A stretch of DNA of 33,224 nucleotides from Candidatus Hydrogenedentota bacterium (lineage in GTDB: Bacteria > Hydrogenedentota > Hydrogenedentia > Hydrogenedentales > SLHB01). The notes under the pieces were generated by a model that made no database searches, was not told the origin of the DNA, and worked only from the letters and a program-made list of their open reading frames with translations. Shown in pieces: positions 18,960-28,601 of the stretch. The translations under genes were made by a program, and so were the position numbers. The first letter of the stretch is position 1; every line of letters begins with the position of its first letter. The DNA lies in contig BTVY01000055.1 of NCBI GenBank assembly GCA_045863335.1, positions 5,188 to 38,411 on the forward strand. Direction: 5' to 3'.

Positions 18960-19517
18960 ATGGCTAATGAACCGGCGATCCGAATCGAATACGATCTGGA
19001 CGCGGACGACCGCATTGCTGCCATCCGGGGGGACTGGTATAGCTTTGCCGTGGCCAACGGCGCTCCCGGCCTCACTACGGACTCCGTCATCGGTCATGTG
19101 TTGTGGAGTTTTGTTGATGGCCTCGACGTTCGGTCCGTTTACCGCATGCTCGTGGAGAACGTCCGATCGACGGGACGATCAAATCGCCTCAGTTTCAACT
19201 GCGACGACCGTGAGAATGTTCGGCGGTTCGACCTCAATATTCATTTGGGCGATAAAGGAACCGTTCAATTCGAATCTACGTTGATAGAGACCACCCGCCG
19301 GCCTCCCGTGCCACTATTCGAGCCCGCAATCGCGCGATCGGACGACGCCATTCTCACGGTGTGCAGCGTGTGCAAGCTTGTCGATGTGCAGGGCGTGTGG
19401 CTGGCGGTCGAAGAGGCGCTCGCGCGGCTCAACCTCATGTCGAACCCCGTGATGCCCCAAGTGTCCCACGGGCTCTGCCCTTCCTGTTTCGAGACCATGA
19501 GCGCCACTCTCCACTGA
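18960..19517 (+). CDS. Hypothetical protein: PAS-like N-terminal domain and C-terminal CxxC...HGxCxxC metal-binding module
   Basis: ATG 18960 after GGAGG. WYSFAVANGA...VIGHVLWSFV is PAS-like. CSVCK and SHGLCPSC. The 5' part of ORF 17688..19517 is guaB antisense. Confidence 0.75.
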   Translation: MANEPAIRIEYDLDADDRIAAIRGDWYSFAVANGAPGLTTDSVIGHVLWSFVDGLDVRSVYRMLVENVRSTGRSNRLSFNCDDRENVRRFDLNIHLGDKGTVQFESTLIETTRRPPVPLFEPAIARSDDAILTVCSVCKLVDVQGVWLAVEEALARLNLMSNPVMPQVSHGLCPSCFETMSATLH

Positions 19518-19538
19518 GCTCTTTCCTTCGTATTAAAC

Positions 19539-19571
19539 AAACAGGCTTCGGAGGAAGTCCGAAGCCTGTTT
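19539..19571. terminator. Bidirectional intrinsic terminator
   Basis: AAACAGGCTTCGGA-ggaag-TCCGAAGCCTGTTT, a perfect 14-bp stem between convergent genes. Confidence 0.8.
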
Positions 19572-19595
19572 AGAGAATTCTCTCTCGTCGAGTGC

Positions 19596-21527
19596 TTACT
19601 TTACGTGGGCGTGTTCCTCTTCCCGCGCTTCAACGGCCGTGCCCAGTTCGCGGGCGGCGGCCTTCGCAACGTAGTCGTCCATAATATCGGTGGACATCCA
19701 GCCGAACTTCCCGTCCATCAACGCGTCGGTGACGCCGCGGAACTTGGCGTTGTGGTTATGTTTCACGGCGCGGAAGTTGGCGGCGATCCGATCGCGGGCG
19801 TTCGCGCAATAGAGGTCGGCCAGTTGTTGCGGCGTATCGTCATCGGGCTTTTGCCCAACCAGATACTCCGCGTAGGCCAGCGATGCCGCCATGGCGAAGA
19901 GGTCCACACCGACTTCCACGAAGTTCGCCAGGATCAACTGTTCGTACTCGAGCTTCTCGCGGTACTTGCCCATGGTGTGGAAGAGCGACCGCGCCAGCTT
20001 GCGGCAGGTGCGATCCACGAACTGCAAGTGATCCTGATTGGTGGCATTGAGGTGTTTCACGTCGTAGTTCGTGGCGGACGGCAGCCACAGCTTCGGATAC
20101 CAGCTCGCGTAGAACTTGACCGCCTTTAAGATGAGGGACCCTTTGCTTTCGGTCGCGCCGGGCCGCGGCTTCATGAGTGGCATCATCAGTTTGAAATGGG
20201 TGTCCATGGCTTCGCGCGCCATGATGAGATGCATGATCTCGCTGGACCCTTCGAAGATGCGGCCCACGCGGGAGTCGCGCAGGAACCGCTCCACGGGCAC
20301 CGGTTGTTCACCGCGCTCACGGAGGGAATGTTCGGTCTCAAACCCGCGCCCGCCGCGCACCTGCAAATAGTCGTCCAGCACGCGCCAAGTGGTTTCCGTG
20401 CAGAAGTATTTCGCGATGGCGGCTTCGAGGCGGATGTCCGCGTTTTCTTTGTCGGCGAAGGCGCAGGCGAGCCAGACGACGCTCTCCATGGCGAAGGTAT
20501 CGGCTGCCATGTTAGCAACCTTCTTCGCGATGGCCTGATGCTTGCCGATGGGCACGCCCCACTGCACGCGGCCGTTAATCCAACTCTGCACTTCCTGGAC
20601 GCAAAGCTTGCACGCCCCGGCCGAGGCCGCAGGAATGCCCAGGCGCCCGGTGTTCAGGGTAGCGAGCGCAATCTTCAGGCCCTGGCCCGGTTTCCCGATG
20701 ATGTTTTCGGCGGGCACTTTCACATTGTCGAATTTCAGGAGCCCGTTGGAGAGCCCCTTGAGTCCCATGAAAGAGCACCGATGCTCCACCGAATAACCCG
20801 GCATGTCTTTCTCAACGATGAAGGCCGTGATCTGGGTTCGCTCTTTACCGTTCACCATCTTCGGCGGCGTCTGCGCCATGACCACGAGGATGTCCGCGTC
20901 CGGGCCGTTGGTGCACCAGAGCTTTTCCCCGTTCAGCAGATAATACGACCCGTCTTCCGAAGGCGTCGCCGTCGTGCTCATCTTGGCGGGGTCGGAACCT
21001 ACGTCCGGTTCCGTCAAGGCAAACGCCGAAATCTCGCCCGCGGCCAGGCGGGGCAGGAACTTCTTCTTCTGTTCCTCGGTACCGTACATCTTGAGCGGCT
21101 GCGGCACGCCGATGCTCTGGTGGGCCGACAACCACGTCGTCGTGCTCTGGCAGTAACTGCCCAACAGGGATAGCACGCGGCTGTAGTTCGTTTGCGACAG
21201 GCCTACGCCGCCGTATTCCTTGGCGATCTTCATACCGAACGCGCCCGCCTCAGCGAAGGCTTTCAGCGCTTCTTCGGGGTAGTGGCCGGTGTGGTCGATC
21301 TCGATGGGGTCCACATACCTTTCGAGGACTTCCCGAATCTTGGCGAGGTATTCGTCGCCAGTCTTCTTATCCTCGGGATCCTGTGCCGGGAAGGGGTGCA
21401 TCAGATCCCATCGAAAACTTCCCCGGAACAGCTCCGCCGTGAAGCTGGGAAATTTCCATTCGGTCTGGCGAGCGTCCTCGGCCAGGTCCATTGCCTTTTC
21501 TTTTGCCTTGTTATCGAGGTCTGCCAT
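19596..21527 (-). CDS. Acyl-CoA dehydrogenase, long (VLCAD/ACAD9-like), paralog 1
   Basis: AFALTEPDVGSD, LNGEKLWCTNG, LNTGRL, RVQWGVPIG, QVRGGRGF, RIFEGSSEI (catalytic Glu). Confidence 0.93.
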   Translation of the reverse strand: MADLDNKAKEKAMDLAEDARQTEWKFPSFTAELFRGSFRWDLMHPFPAQDPEDKKTGDEYLAKIREVLERYVDPIEIDHTGHYPEEALKAFAEAGAFGMKIAKEYGGVGLSQTNYSRVLSLLGSYCQSTTTWLSAHQSIGVPQPLKMYGTEEQKKKFLPRLAAGEISAFALTEPDVGSDPAKMSTTATPSEDGSYYLLNGEKLWCTNGPDADILVVMAQTPPKMVNGKERTQITAFIVEKDMPGYSVEHRCSFMGLKGLSNGLLKFDNVKVPAENIIGKPGQGLKIALATLNTGRLGIPAASAGACKLCVQEVQSWINGRVQWGVPIGKHQAIAKKVANMAADTFAMESVVWLACAFADKENADIRLEAAIAKYFCTETTWRVLDDYLQVRGGRGFETEHSLRERGEQPVPVERFLRDSRVGRIFEGSSEIMHLIMAREAMDTHFKLMMPLMKPRPGATESKGSLILKAVKFYASWYPKLWLPSATNYDVKHLNATNQDHLQFVDRTCRKLARSLFHTMGKYREKLEYEQLILANFVEVGVDLFAMAASLAYAEYLVGQKPDDDTPQQLADLYCANARDRIAANFRAVKHNHNAKFRGVTDALMDGKFGWMSTDIMDDYVAKAAARELGTAVEAREEEHAHVK

Positions 21528-21709
21528 AGCTGTATACCCCAAGGTTGATTGCGACTGACCGATGCCTACCTACAGGTAGATAGGTTCTCCAGTATAGGTC
21601 AAAAGCATTATCTTGTCTACTCCTTATGGATTCCCCTTATGGATTCCCCAGAGTGGAAGATCCGCGTCGCCATGTGATTATACCTTAGACGCGGGTGGAC
21701 GCATAAAGC

Positions 21710-21799
21710 TATGGACTATATGGACGATATGGACGATATGGACAGTCGATTTACCCAATACTCGTTGTCCATACCGTCCATATTGTCCATATTGTCCAT
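21710..21799. repeat. Inverted pair of 9-mer tandem arrays
   Basis: TATGGACTA TATGGACGA TATGGACGA TATGGAC (21710-21743) and GTCCATACC GTCCATATT GTCCATATT GTCCAT (21767-21799). Confidence 0.88.
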
Positions 21800-21810
21800 G
21801 AGCACCAGGA

Positions 21811-21839
21811 TTGACAAAACCCCAAGTCTTTCCTAGACT
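21811..21839 (+). promoter_or_regulatory. Sigma-70 promoter for acyl-CoA dehydrogenase paralog 2
   Basis: TTGACA-17 nt-TAGACT, followed by AAGGAG RBS before ATG 21887. Confidence 0.75.
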
Positions 21840-21886
21840 TAGAGTCGCAAGGCTTTCTCAACGATCTCCACCCAAGGAGCCCTCGC

Positions 21887-23830
21887 ATGCCCTCAACACA
21901 CGATGGCGAAAAGCAAGCGGCCATGGATCTCGCCGAAGATTCCCGGCAGAAGGAATGGGCTCACCCCAGCTTTGTCGCGGAACTCTTCCGCGGGAGGGTC
22001 CGGTGGGAGTTGGTCAGCCCCTTTCCTGTTCAGGATCCTGAGGATAAGCGCATCGGCGACGAGTATATCGAGCGGGTCCGGGAAGTCCTGGAAACGCACG
22101 TCGACCCGGAGGCGGTCGACCGGAACGGGGAAGTCCCCAAGGCCGCGCTGGACGCCCTGAAGGCGATTGGCTGTTTCGGACTGAAGATCCCAAAGGAATT
22201 TGGCGGCCTTGGCTTCTCTCAGATCAACTACAACCGCGTTGTCGGCTATATGTCCACGTATTGCGCGTCAACCTCGGTCTACGTGTCGTCACACCTAAGC
22301 ATCGGCGTTCCCCAGCCTCTGAAGCTCTTCGGTACGGAAGATCAGAAAAGGAAGTTCTTGCCCCGCCTCGCAAAAGGGGCCATTTCCGCATTCGCGTTGA
22401 CCGAGCCCGGCGTCGGCTCCGACCCCGCGAAGATGAGCACAACGGCCACCCCTTCCGAAGACGGCTCGTACTACCTGCTGAACGGCGAGAAGCTCTGGTG
22501 CACCAACGGTCCGGTCGCGGAAATCCTGGTGGTAATGGCGGTTACACCTCCGAAGATCGTCAACGGCAAAGAAAAGAAGCAGATCACGGCCTTTGTCGTG
22601 GAAACCGACACGCCCGGATTCGAGATCGGCCACGTCTGCCAGTTCATGGGTTGTCGCGGCATCCGAAACGGCCTGCTTTGGTTCCACAACGTTAAGGTTC
22701 CAGCGGAAAACATCATCGGCAAGCCGGGCCAGGGTTTGAAGATCGCACTGACGACGCTGAACACCGGAAGATTAACCGTGCCGGGCACTTGTGCCGCCGG
22801 TGCGCGCGCGGCGCTTCATGCTTGCCAGGACTGGGTGAACGAACGGGTCCAGTGGGGCGCGCCCATCGGCCAGCACCAGTCTGTAGGGAAGATGCTGGCG
22901 AACATGGTCGCGGACGCCTACGCCATGGACAGCATCGACGCCCTCTGCTGTGCCTATGCGGACGAAGGCGCGGTCGATTTACGGCTGGAAGCGGCGATGG
23001 CCAAGTACTACTGCACGGAAACGTCCTGGCGCATTTGCGACGACTTCATCCAGGTGCGGGGCGGCCGCGGATACGAGACGGCAGAGTCCTTACGCAAAAG
23101 GGGCGAAAAGCCTATCGCCGCCGAGATGGCGATGCGGAACGCGCGCATCTCGCGAATCATCGAAGGCACGAGTGAGATTATGCAGCTCTTCATCGCGCGG
23201 GAGGCGATGGACACGCATATGCGCCGCATCATGCCGATCCTCATGCCCCGGCCAGACGATAAGGACAGTAAAATCAAGCACATCCTACGGGCCGCGAAGT
23301 TCTATTTGGGCTGGTATCCGAAAACGTGGCTGCCAGGCGACGGCTGGGACGCGCGATATTTGTCGTCCGAGAACCGTGGGCACGTTCGCTACGTGGGCAA
23401 GTGCGCCAAGCGATTGGCGCGCAGAATGTTCCACACGATGGTGATATACCGCGAGAAGTTAGAGCACGAGCAACTCATCCTCGCCAACTTCGTGGACATT
23501 GGCACCTACCTGTTCGCGATGGCCGCTTGTCTTGCGCGCGCCGAACGGCAGTTGGCGGAGAGCCCGGGCGATCAGCAGTTGCAAGATGTGGTGGACTTGT
23601 ATTGCCGGAACGCCCGAGAACGGATCGAGGCTGCGTTCTCCAGCGTGAAGCGCAATCACAACACTCTCGTCAACGAAGTGTCCCGCGCCTACATGGAGGG
23701 CGGCTACGAGTGGATGGTCCGCGACGTGTACGCCGACTTCCCGCCGATTCTGGATTCCCAAGAACTGGCGCTGATGGCAGAAGCCGTAAGCGTCTCGTCA
23801 GGCGCACCGGAGCACTCCCGCACGGAATAA
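21887..23830 (+). CDS. Acyl-CoA dehydrogenase, long (VLCAD/ACAD9-like), paralog 2
   Basis: AFALTEPGVGSD, LNGEKLWCTNG, QVRGGRGY, RIIEGTSEI. Colinear with paralog 1. Confidence 0.93.
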   Translation: MPSTHDGEKQAAMDLAEDSRQKEWAHPSFVAELFRGRVRWELVSPFPVQDPEDKRIGDEYIERVREVLETHVDPEAVDRNGEVPKAALDALKAIGCFGLKIPKEFGGLGFSQINYNRVVGYMSTYCASTSVYVSSHLSIGVPQPLKLFGTEDQKRKFLPRLAKGAISAFALTEPGVGSDPAKMSTTATPSEDGSYYLLNGEKLWCTNGPVAEILVVMAVTPPKIVNGKEKKQITAFVVETDTPGFEIGHVCQFMGCRGIRNGLLWFHNVKVPAENIIGKPGQGLKIALTTLNTGRLTVPGTCAAGARAALHACQDWVNERVQWGAPIGQHQSVGKMLANMVADAYAMDSIDALCCAYADEGAVDLRLEAAMAKYYCTETSWRICDDFIQVRGGRGYETAESLRKRGEKPIAAEMAMRNARISRIIEGTSEIMQLFIAREAMDTHMRRIMPILMPRPDDKDSKIKHILRAAKFYLGWYPKTWLPGDGWDARYLSSENRGHVRYVGKCAKRLARRMFHTMVIYREKLEHEQLILANFVDIGTYLFAMAACLARAERQLAESPGDQQLQDVVDLYCRNARERIEAAFSSVKRNHNTLVNEVSRAYMEGGYEWMVRDVYADFPPILDSQELALMAEAVSVSSGAPEHSRTE

Positions 23831-23861
23831 TCCCAACGGTGGAAACGATTCGACGGCGCAA

Positions 23862-25544
23862 TCAGATGTCGATGGGTTTGCGCTGTGCGTCGATCTTTTC
23901 CTGGACCCCTTCCAGTTCCGGGTCCAGACGTCGCGCGCGTTCCCACTCTCCGATGGCTTTCTCTTTCTCCCCCTTGAGCATGTACGCGTCGCCGAGGTGA
24001 TCGCGCAGGATGGCATCGTCGCGCTCCATGGCCTGGATGGCGCGGCGGATGTACTCGATGGCAAGGTCGGCCTTACCCTTCCGGTAGTAAACCCAGCCCA
24101 GGCTGTCGAGGTAGTAGCCGTTCTCCGGCGATAGTTCTAACGCCTTCTTGAGGAGTTTCTCCGCTTCGTCCAGTTTCACGCCCTGTTCGGCGTACATATA
24201 GCCGAGGTTATTCATCGTCTCGGCGTCCATGGGATCGAGCTCGAGGCAGCGCCGGAGATGCTTATCCGCATCCCGGAATCGATCCAGTGCTTCGTAGACG
24301 GTACCCAAATAGAAATGGATGAGCCGGTCGTCTTCAAAGTGTTTCAGCGACGACTCCAAAACCTCCGCCGCTTCCGCGTCGCGCTCCATGCTCATCAAGG
24401 CCCGGGCGTGGATCATATGGAGTGCGCGGGACTGGACCTCCCCGTCCCGCATGGACGCCAACTGGTCCACCACGTACTCGCCCGCGTCTTCATTTCCGAA
24501 CAGGTAGAGCAGGCCATTGAGATATTCGGTGCACTCGTATTCGAGATCGCCTTCCACCTGGTCCAGGGTGTCCAGCAGCGGCTGGTAGGGTTCCCCCGCG
24601 GCCTTGCGCGCCAGGGCACGAAAGAGAGTGCCCAAGATCGGCGTCTCGTTGTTCGGAACGACCGCCATGGCCGCTTCGGCTTGATTCGCGCGGATGTTGA
24701 GGTAAATCTGCTCGAGATATTGGATCGGTTGCGGCTCGCCTTCGTTGATGATGGTCGTGACGTGCTGTAACGCTTCCGCGTACTGCCCCATGCGGCCCAA
24801 AGCGCCAGCGAGGAATTCGCGTGAGCCGTCATCCTCCGGCATCTTGTCGAGGTAGAGCCGGAACTGTTCCGCGGCGGCTTCATCCTGGTTGTCTTCGAGA
24901 TACACGATGCCGAGGATCGAACGGGCCTGGACCAGGGACGGGTCAAGTTCGAGCGCCTTTTCCAGGGCTGCCTGGGCTGCCTCTCCATTGTTGATGCGGG
25001 CGAGCGACATGCCCAAACGCATGTGAAGCTGCGGGGAGTCGGGGTTCATTTCGGTAAGCCGCTTGAGCAGGTCGATGGTGGTAATGCGGTCGTTCGCCAT
25101 CTCGGCCACGCGCAAGAGCCCTTCGAAATCTTCCGGGGATTGGGGCGCGAGCGCCTCGGCCTTTGCCTGCGCTTCCGCGGCTTCTTCGTGCTTGCCGAGC
25201 TGCTGGCAAAGCGTGGCGAGAATAATCCACAGGCTGGCGTCGTCAGGCACCCGCTCGAGCACGCGCCGGCACATGACCTCCGCGTTCTCGTAATCTTGCA
25301 CGTCGATGTAGAACTGAACGAGGCGGATGCTGAGGAGCGTAGAGTCCGGCAAGAGGTCCGATGCTTTGCGAAACTCTTCCGCCGCCTCTTCGAATTGGCC
25401 GTTCCGCTGGTACAACACGCCAGAAAGATAGTGGTTGTATCCTTGCGCCTCGCGGGAAGCGCCATTGCTGTTGAACTGCTCCGCGTTGGGGGCGGTCGCG
25501 CACCCCGCGGAAAGGACCAGGACGATCAACGTCATAATTCGCAT
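23862..25544 (-). CDS. TPR-repeat protein, probable lipoprotein
   Basis: MRIMTLIVLVLSAG-C lipobox. Many TPRs (NNLGYMYAE, YLDSLGWVYY, DHLGDAY). Confidence 0.88.
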   Translation of the reverse strand: MRIMTLIVLVLSAGCATAPNAEQFNSNGASREAQGYNHYLSGVLYQRNGQFEEAAEEFRKASDLLPDSTLLSIRLVQFYIDVQDYENAEVMCRRVLERVPDDASLWIILATLCQQLGKHEEAAEAQAKAEALAPQSPEDFEGLLRVAEMANDRITTIDLLKRLTEMNPDSPQLHMRLGMSLARINNGEAAQAALEKALELDPSLVQARSILGIVYLEDNQDEAAAEQFRLYLDKMPEDDGSREFLAGALGRMGQYAEALQHVTTIINEGEPQPIQYLEQIYLNIRANQAEAAMAVVPNNETPILGTLFRALARKAAGEPYQPLLDTLDQVEGDLEYECTEYLNGLLYLFGNEDAGEYVVDQLASMRDGEVQSRALHMIHARALMSMERDAEAAEVLESSLKHFEDDRLIHFYLGTVYEALDRFRDADKHLRRCLELDPMDAETMNNLGYMYAEQGVKLDEAEKLLKKALELSPENGYYLDSLGWVYYRKGKADLAIEYIRRAIQAMERDDAILRDHLGDAYMLKGEKEKAIGEWERARRLDPELEGVQEKIDAQRKPIDI

Positions 25545-25598
25545 CAAGATAGTACCTCGTACGACACGGCAGCCTGCGTGTCGAAGTGAACCAGCCAC

Positions 25599-26381
25599 TT
25601 AGAACAACTCACCCGTGACCAACGGTTTGGCAAAGGGGGCGAAACTCTTTCGGTGAATCGCGCAGGGACCGAGGCTCGCGATGGCGTCGATATGTTCGGG
25701 GGTCGCGTAACCCTTGTGCCGGCGAAACCCGTAACCGGGGTGCGCCGCGTCCAACTCATCCATCATCCGGTCGCGCGTCACTTTCGCTATGATACTCGCC
25801 GCGGCGATGGACTGCGAACGTTGGTCGCCTTTAATCAATCGCTCGTGAGGAATCGCGCAGCCGGGAATCGCGAATCCGTCTACCAGGAGAAAATCCGGCG
25901 CCTCGAGTAAGGCATCCACCGCCCGAAGCATGGCGGCGTAATTGGCCGCCTGAATGCCTATGGAATCAATCTCTTGCGGGGACACGACCGCGCAGCCGAT
26001 GGCGTGCCCGCCTCCCTGAAGCATATCAAATAAGGCATCGCGCTGCTCTTCGGTCAGGAGCTTGGAATCGTTCAATCCGTCAACCGGCTCGCGCAAGATC
26101 ACGGCCGCCGCCACGATCGGACCCGCCAGCGGGCCCCGGCCCGCCTCGTCCACCCCGGCGACGCGGAGGAATCCGTTCTCACGCGCGGTGGACTCGAACT
26201 GGAGCATGGCTTCCAGCCGCTTTCGTTCCGCCTTCGTGCGCCGGACTTCGCGCAGACACCGCTCGTAAAGCGCCCTGGCGCCGGTCCGCTCGTCGCCTCG
26301 CAACGTGGCCAGGAGCTTCCTGGGATACGGCGGCCCCGCGGCAACCGCTTCGCGAAGGCTATCGAGCGAGTGCTTTTCCAA
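25599..26381 (-). CDS. rnhB: Ribonuclease HII
   Basis: GVDEAGRGPLAGP, LNDSKLL, LLVDG, IKGD, SIAAASIIAKVTRD, HKGY, HRKSF. Start placed at TTG 26381 after GGAG. Confidence 0.95.
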   Translation of the reverse strand: MEKHSLDSLREAVAAGPPYPRKLLATLRGDERTGARALYERCLREVRRTKAERKRLEAMLQFESTARENGFLRVAGVDEAGRGPLAGPIVAAAVILREPVDGLNDSKLLTEEQRDALFDMLQGGGHAIGCAVVSPQEIDSIGIQAANYAAMLRAVDALLEAPDFLLVDGFAIPGCAIPHERLIKGDQRSQSIAAASIIAKVTRDRMMDELDAAHPGYGFRRHKGYATPEHIDAIASLGPCAIHRKSFAPFAKPLVTGELF

Positions 26382-26434
26382 GGAATACTCCGGAAACGTA
26401 ACGCCGGGCTGCCGGCGCGAACTCAACCTGGATT

Positions 26435-26527
26435 CAGGGACAACAGCGACATCAGAGACGATGAACTTCAAAAACCGCAGTCTGCTCTATCGTCCTTGTT
26501 GTCTTTGCTGTCTCTGGTGTCCTTGGG
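26435..26527. repeat. Inverted pair of degenerate 9-mer tandem arrays
   Basis: CAGGGACAA CAGCGACAT CAGAGACGA, then GTCCTTGTT GTCTTTGCT GTCTCTGGT GTCCTTGGG. Same family as 15402-15523. Confidence 0.75.
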
Positions 26528-26557
26528 CACACCGCCGAACCCATACCAAATCACAAG

Positions 26558-26583
26558 AAAAAGGGCGGACCCAAGGTCCGCCC
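26558..26583 (-). terminator. Intrinsic terminator after rplS
   Basis: Minus strand GGGCGGACC-ttg-GGTCCGCCC-TTTTT. Confidence 0.8.
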
Positions 26584-26638
26584 CAAGCATAACATGATGC
26601 CGCCCGGCCGATGCCAGCCGGACTTTCGGTACCGATTT

Positions 26639-27019
26639 CTATTTCGCTTTCGCCTTCGCCGACGTGGAACGCTCTTTCGCCTTCACGCGCGCGGCCTTAC
26701 CGGAACGTTCGCGGAGGTAATAAAGCTTCGCACGGCGCACGCTGCCTTCGCGCGTGACTTCCACCTTCTCGATGCGCGGCGAGTGCAGCGGGAATACGCG
26801 CTCGACGCCTTCGCCAAAGGCCACGCGACGCACGGTGAACCGCGCATCAGGGCTCTCGCCGCCTTTGCGCCCGATGACCACGCCTTCAAAGACCTGTACG
26901 CGTTCCTTCTCGCCTTCAATGATGCGGAAGTGGACGCGCACGGTGTCCCCGATGGCAAATTTTGGAATCATGTTTGCAGGCTTCTTCTGTGCCTGCCGCA
27001 GTTCTTCAAGCGCATTCAC
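26639..27019 (-). CDS. rplS: 50S ribosomal protein L19
   Basis: [44 protein letters not shown] start overlaps the trmD stop (GTGA), after GGAGG. Confidence 0.97.
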   Translation of the reverse strand: MNALEELRQAQKKPANMIPKFAIGDTVRVHFRIIEGEKERVQVFEGVVIGRKGGESPDARFTVRRVAFGEGVERVFPLHSPRIEKVEVTREGSVRRAKLYYLRERSGKAARVKAKERSTSAKAKAK

Positions 27020-27768
27020 GACTCGACCTCCTTTTCCGGTCCTGCCTCTTCCTGCTCGATCTCTTTCAGGAGCGCGCGATCGTTCTCGCCGCACGCCCCG
27101 AGCAGATCCGGGCGCCGCTCTCTCGTTATCCGAAGGGCCTCTTTACGGCGCCAGCGGCGGATGGCCGCGTGGTTGCCGTCCCGCAACACCTGCGGCGCCG
27201 CGAGGTCCCGAAAGACCGGAGGCCGCGTGTATTGGGGAGGACCCAATATTCCGTCATAAAATGAGTCCGTCTCGACGGACTCCCAATCGCCAATCACTCC
27301 CGGCAGCATCCGGCTGACCGCTTCGATCACGATCAGGGCCGGCAATTCGCCGCCGCTCAACACATAGTCGCCGACCGAAATCTCGTCCGTGCAGAGGGCC
27401 TGGCTGACGCGTTCGTCCACGCCTTCGTAGCGCCCGCAGATCAACACGAGATCCGGTTCCGCAGCGAGTTCCCGCACGACGCGTTGCGTCAGCGGCCGTC
27501 CCCGAGGGGACAAGAGAATCACTCGCTGCAAGGAATTGCGATCGCTTAAACTTTCCACCGCCGCGAACAGCGGTTCACACTTCATCACCATGCCCGCGCC
27601 GCCGCCGAAGGGCGCATCGTCCACGGTGCGGTGGCGGTCGCTCGTAAACTCCCGGGGGTCCGTTACGGACACTGTCAGGATGCCCTGTTCGATGGCCTTC
27701 CCCAGCAGGCTCACCTGCAGAGGCGCGTCAAACAGCTCCGGGAAAATCGAGAGGACATCAATCCTCAT
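27016..27768 (-). CDS. trmD: tRNA (guanine37-N1)-methyltransferase
   Basis: [47 protein letters not shown]. Confidence 0.97.
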   Translation of the reverse strand: MRIDVLSIFPELFDAPLQVSLLGKAIEQGILTVSVTDPREFTSDRHRTVDDAPFGGGAGMVMKCEPLFAAVESLSDRNSLQRVILLSPRGRPLTQRVVRELAAEPDLVLICGRYEGVDERVSQALCTDEISVGDYVLSGGELPALIVIEAVSRMLPGVIGDWESVETDSFYDGILGPPQYTRPPVFRDLAAPQVLRDGNHAAIRRWRRKEALRITRERRPDLLGACGENDRALLKEIEQEEAGPEKEVES

Positions 27769-28285
27769 CGTCCACCGCATAGGGCGTAATATCGCCCACG
27801 TAAATTCGACCTGCTTCCAGGTCGACCGATTCAATTACTTGTTCGATTGCCGGCAACAGCAATCGGCCGCCGCCGGGCTTCTCAATCTCCATCACGTCAT
27901 TCGCGCCGGTCTCGATCCATTCCGCGATCGCGCCGAGCACGGCATCGCCTGGACCAACCACCGTCAATCCGAGTAACTCGTCCGGGTGCCAGCCTCCGTC
28001 CGGCCGGGCTTTCCGGGCCGAACGTTCGATGAACACCCCAGCTTTGCGCATGGCCGCCACACTGTCCCGCGTGACCCCCGCGCTGAGCCGTACCGTCGCG
28101 TCATCTCCGCGTACCGTGGACGATTCCACGCGGCATCGCGTCACGGCGTCCGCATTCCGGCCGAGGCCGACCCACTCCAATCCATCGAACTGGTGGGCCT
28201 GCGCGCTCTCCGCGTCGATCCGCAGTTCCCGGCGCGCCGGATTCACCGTGCGCACCGTGCCAATTCGGATCCACGGGCCGGGCAT
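27758..28285 (-). CDS. rimM: 16S rRNA processing protein RimM
   Basis: PRC-barrel features (ELLGLTV, ETGANDV, LLPAIEQVIESVDL). Canonical position between khpA and trmD. Confidence 0.88.
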   Translation of the reverse strand: MPGPWIRIGTVRTVNPARRELRIDAESAQAHQFDGLEWVGLGRNADAVTRCRVESSTVRGDDATVRLSAGVTRDSVAAMRKAGVFIERSARKARPDGGWHPDELLGLTVVGPGDAVLGAIAEWIETGANDVMEIEKPGGGRLLLPAIEQVIESVDLEAGRIYVGDITPYAVDDED

Positions 28286-28297
28286 CGCGCCTCCCCG

Positions 28298-28537
28298 CTA
28301 CTCGACGATCTGGAGGACCGCCCGCGTTTCGGTCTTGGTCGTGGCCGAAGCCAGCAGGCTGCGCATGGCCTTGGCGGTCTTGCCGCCGCGGCCGATGACC
28401 TTGCCCATGTCTTCCGGATTCACCCGCAACTCCAAGACCTGGCCTTCTTCATTTTCGATAACCCGCACCTTCACGTCTTCCGGGTGCGTGACCAGTTTCT
28501 TGGCGATAAACTCGACCAATTCTTTCGTCTGTGCCAT
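28298..28537 (-). CDS. khpA: KH-domain RNA-binding protein KhpA (YlqC)
   Basis: KELVEFIAKKLV.HPEDV, EDMGKVIGRGGKTAKAMR. Conserved synteny. Confidence 0.92.
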   Translation of the reverse strand: MAQTKELVEFIAKKLVTHPEDVKVRVIENEEGQVLELRVNPEDMGKVIGRGGKTAKAMRSLLASATTKTETRAVLQIVE

Positions 28538-28601
28538 GTGCAATGGCCCTTTCGTCAGCGCGATGCCAACACAGTTGAAATCTTAACCAACTGGCGCACT
28601 T

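Noticed and set aside
21710-21799. Repeat arrays as a CRISPR array
   Set aside because: Units are 9 nt with no unique spacers between them, and no cas genes are present.
26382-26471. N-terminal extension of rnhB
   Set aside because: It runs into the 9-mer repeat array. A TTG with a GGAG RBS at 26381 is a better start.
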